DNA of 24,094 nt, from the NCBI RefSeq assembly GCF_026210795.1, contig NC_089434.1, positions 5,704,001-5,728,094 on the forward strand, given 5' to 3'. The notes under the pieces are model-generated. The model had not been told where the DNA came from and searched no databases. It saw only the letters and a program-made list of their open reading frames with translations. Positions 22,874 to 24,094 of this stretch are shown one piece after another. Numbering within the stretch: position 1 is the first letter of the stretch; each line of letters starts with the position of its first letter. Origin of the DNA: Rhizophagus irregularis (lineage: Eukaryota). The position numbers and the translations under genes are program-made.

Positions 22874-24094
22874 ATAAATGGTTAAAATCAGCAATTTTTA
22901 AACCATAATTTTAGTTAAATTATAATGCAGCCTAAATTCAATTATAATTAAAATTTTCAGATTATAGATACTAGATAATCTAATTTTTAAGAATATATTT
23001 ATAAACTTTAAAAAGTAAAAATTTTGTTTTATTTAATTCAATATGATTGAAAAAAATTATTTATAATAAGTTTATTTTAATATAGTAACTTATAAAATAT
23101 TAAAAAAACTTTTTCAGCCTTATTTTTTTGAAATATTTTATAAATACCTTTTATTTTAATGTTATTTAAATATAAAAAAAATTTTTTACTTATTGATTTT
23201 TATTTATTTACAATAACAGAACGGATATGCTAAATATCACTTATCCTTCATAAATTTTATATTTTAAATAAAAAAAATGTTTTTAAAATATAAAAAATTA
23301 TCTGATTATAAAATATAATAACTTATTGAGGTTAATTTATATATTTATTTGTACATAGATAACTTTTAAAATTTCAAATATGTTGACCATTTTTATTGTA
23401 TTTTTAACTACTACAATTGATTATTTTTCAAATAAAAAAATAATTATTATAATCTGTTAAAATTTGACAGATTTGTATATATCTTAAAAAATGCCTATTT
23501 TACTTTATTTTACTATTATTTTTCAAGGTAAATGAATATGATCGTTTAAGATAAAAGATAAATAAATTTTCTTTTGTTTTTTGTTTTAAAATTTACTCAA
23601 TTTAAAATTGCATAATAAACTTTTCAAGATTATTATTTATTTACGTATATACAATAAATTTTCGATCCTTTAATGTTTCCATACAGATAATATGAAATAC
23701 CTTATATTTCTTTCATTTACATATGGGCTGATTTGTTTACTCTGCATTAAAAAGAGTTATTGATTGATTTTCACAGTTTTTGTTATTCAAAATTGTTTTG
23801 TAATTGTAATACGTAATTGTAATACCAAAAAATTATATGATTGATGATTACTTGACTAAATAATAAGTTGAACAAAAATTTACATTTGTGAAACTTAAAT
23901 TATTAAATGTAAAAGAGCTGTGAACATATTCACCGATCTCCAGAATTAGGGTAAAATCGAATTCACATCAACTTTTTTTAATAAAAAAAGAAATTGAGTT
24001 ACAGCTCAAATCGCATTATTTTGCATTATCACATGATGCGTGGTCGAAAAACTAGGTAAACGTGGTATAGTAGCCTTTATCTTTATTAAATTTA

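Noticed and set aside
22882..24094. AT-rich tail of the window
   Set aside because: No ORF, terminal repeat or exon chain I can support.

Overview
Very AT-rich eukaryotic DNA with short spliceosomal introns; it resembles a Glomeromycota (Rhizophagus-like) fungus, but that is inference. The window is almost all nested DNA transposons. (1) A ~13 kb CACTA/EnSpm-type element (2433-15517, termini CACAGGTCAAAA) carries a disrupted Tnp2-type transposase, a divergent accessory ORF, an intact 5-exon Myb/SANT gene with a decayed paralog, a captured exon resembling an MT-A70 (AMT1-type) adenine methyltransferase, and two structured non-coding tracts. (2) This element is inserted in a Zator-like transposase gene with a 3-bp GTT duplication. 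The 5' piece of that gene now lies inverted (1320-1582) between two near-identical head-to-head copies of the CACTA left end (1-1314 and 2433-3746). (3) A full-length but decayed hAT element (19171-22713, 8-bp TSD TGGTAGAG) contains a fold-back MITE and itself sits on the end of a tiny hAT-like MITE. No intact host housekeeping gene, rRNA, tRNA or CRISPR array was recognised.
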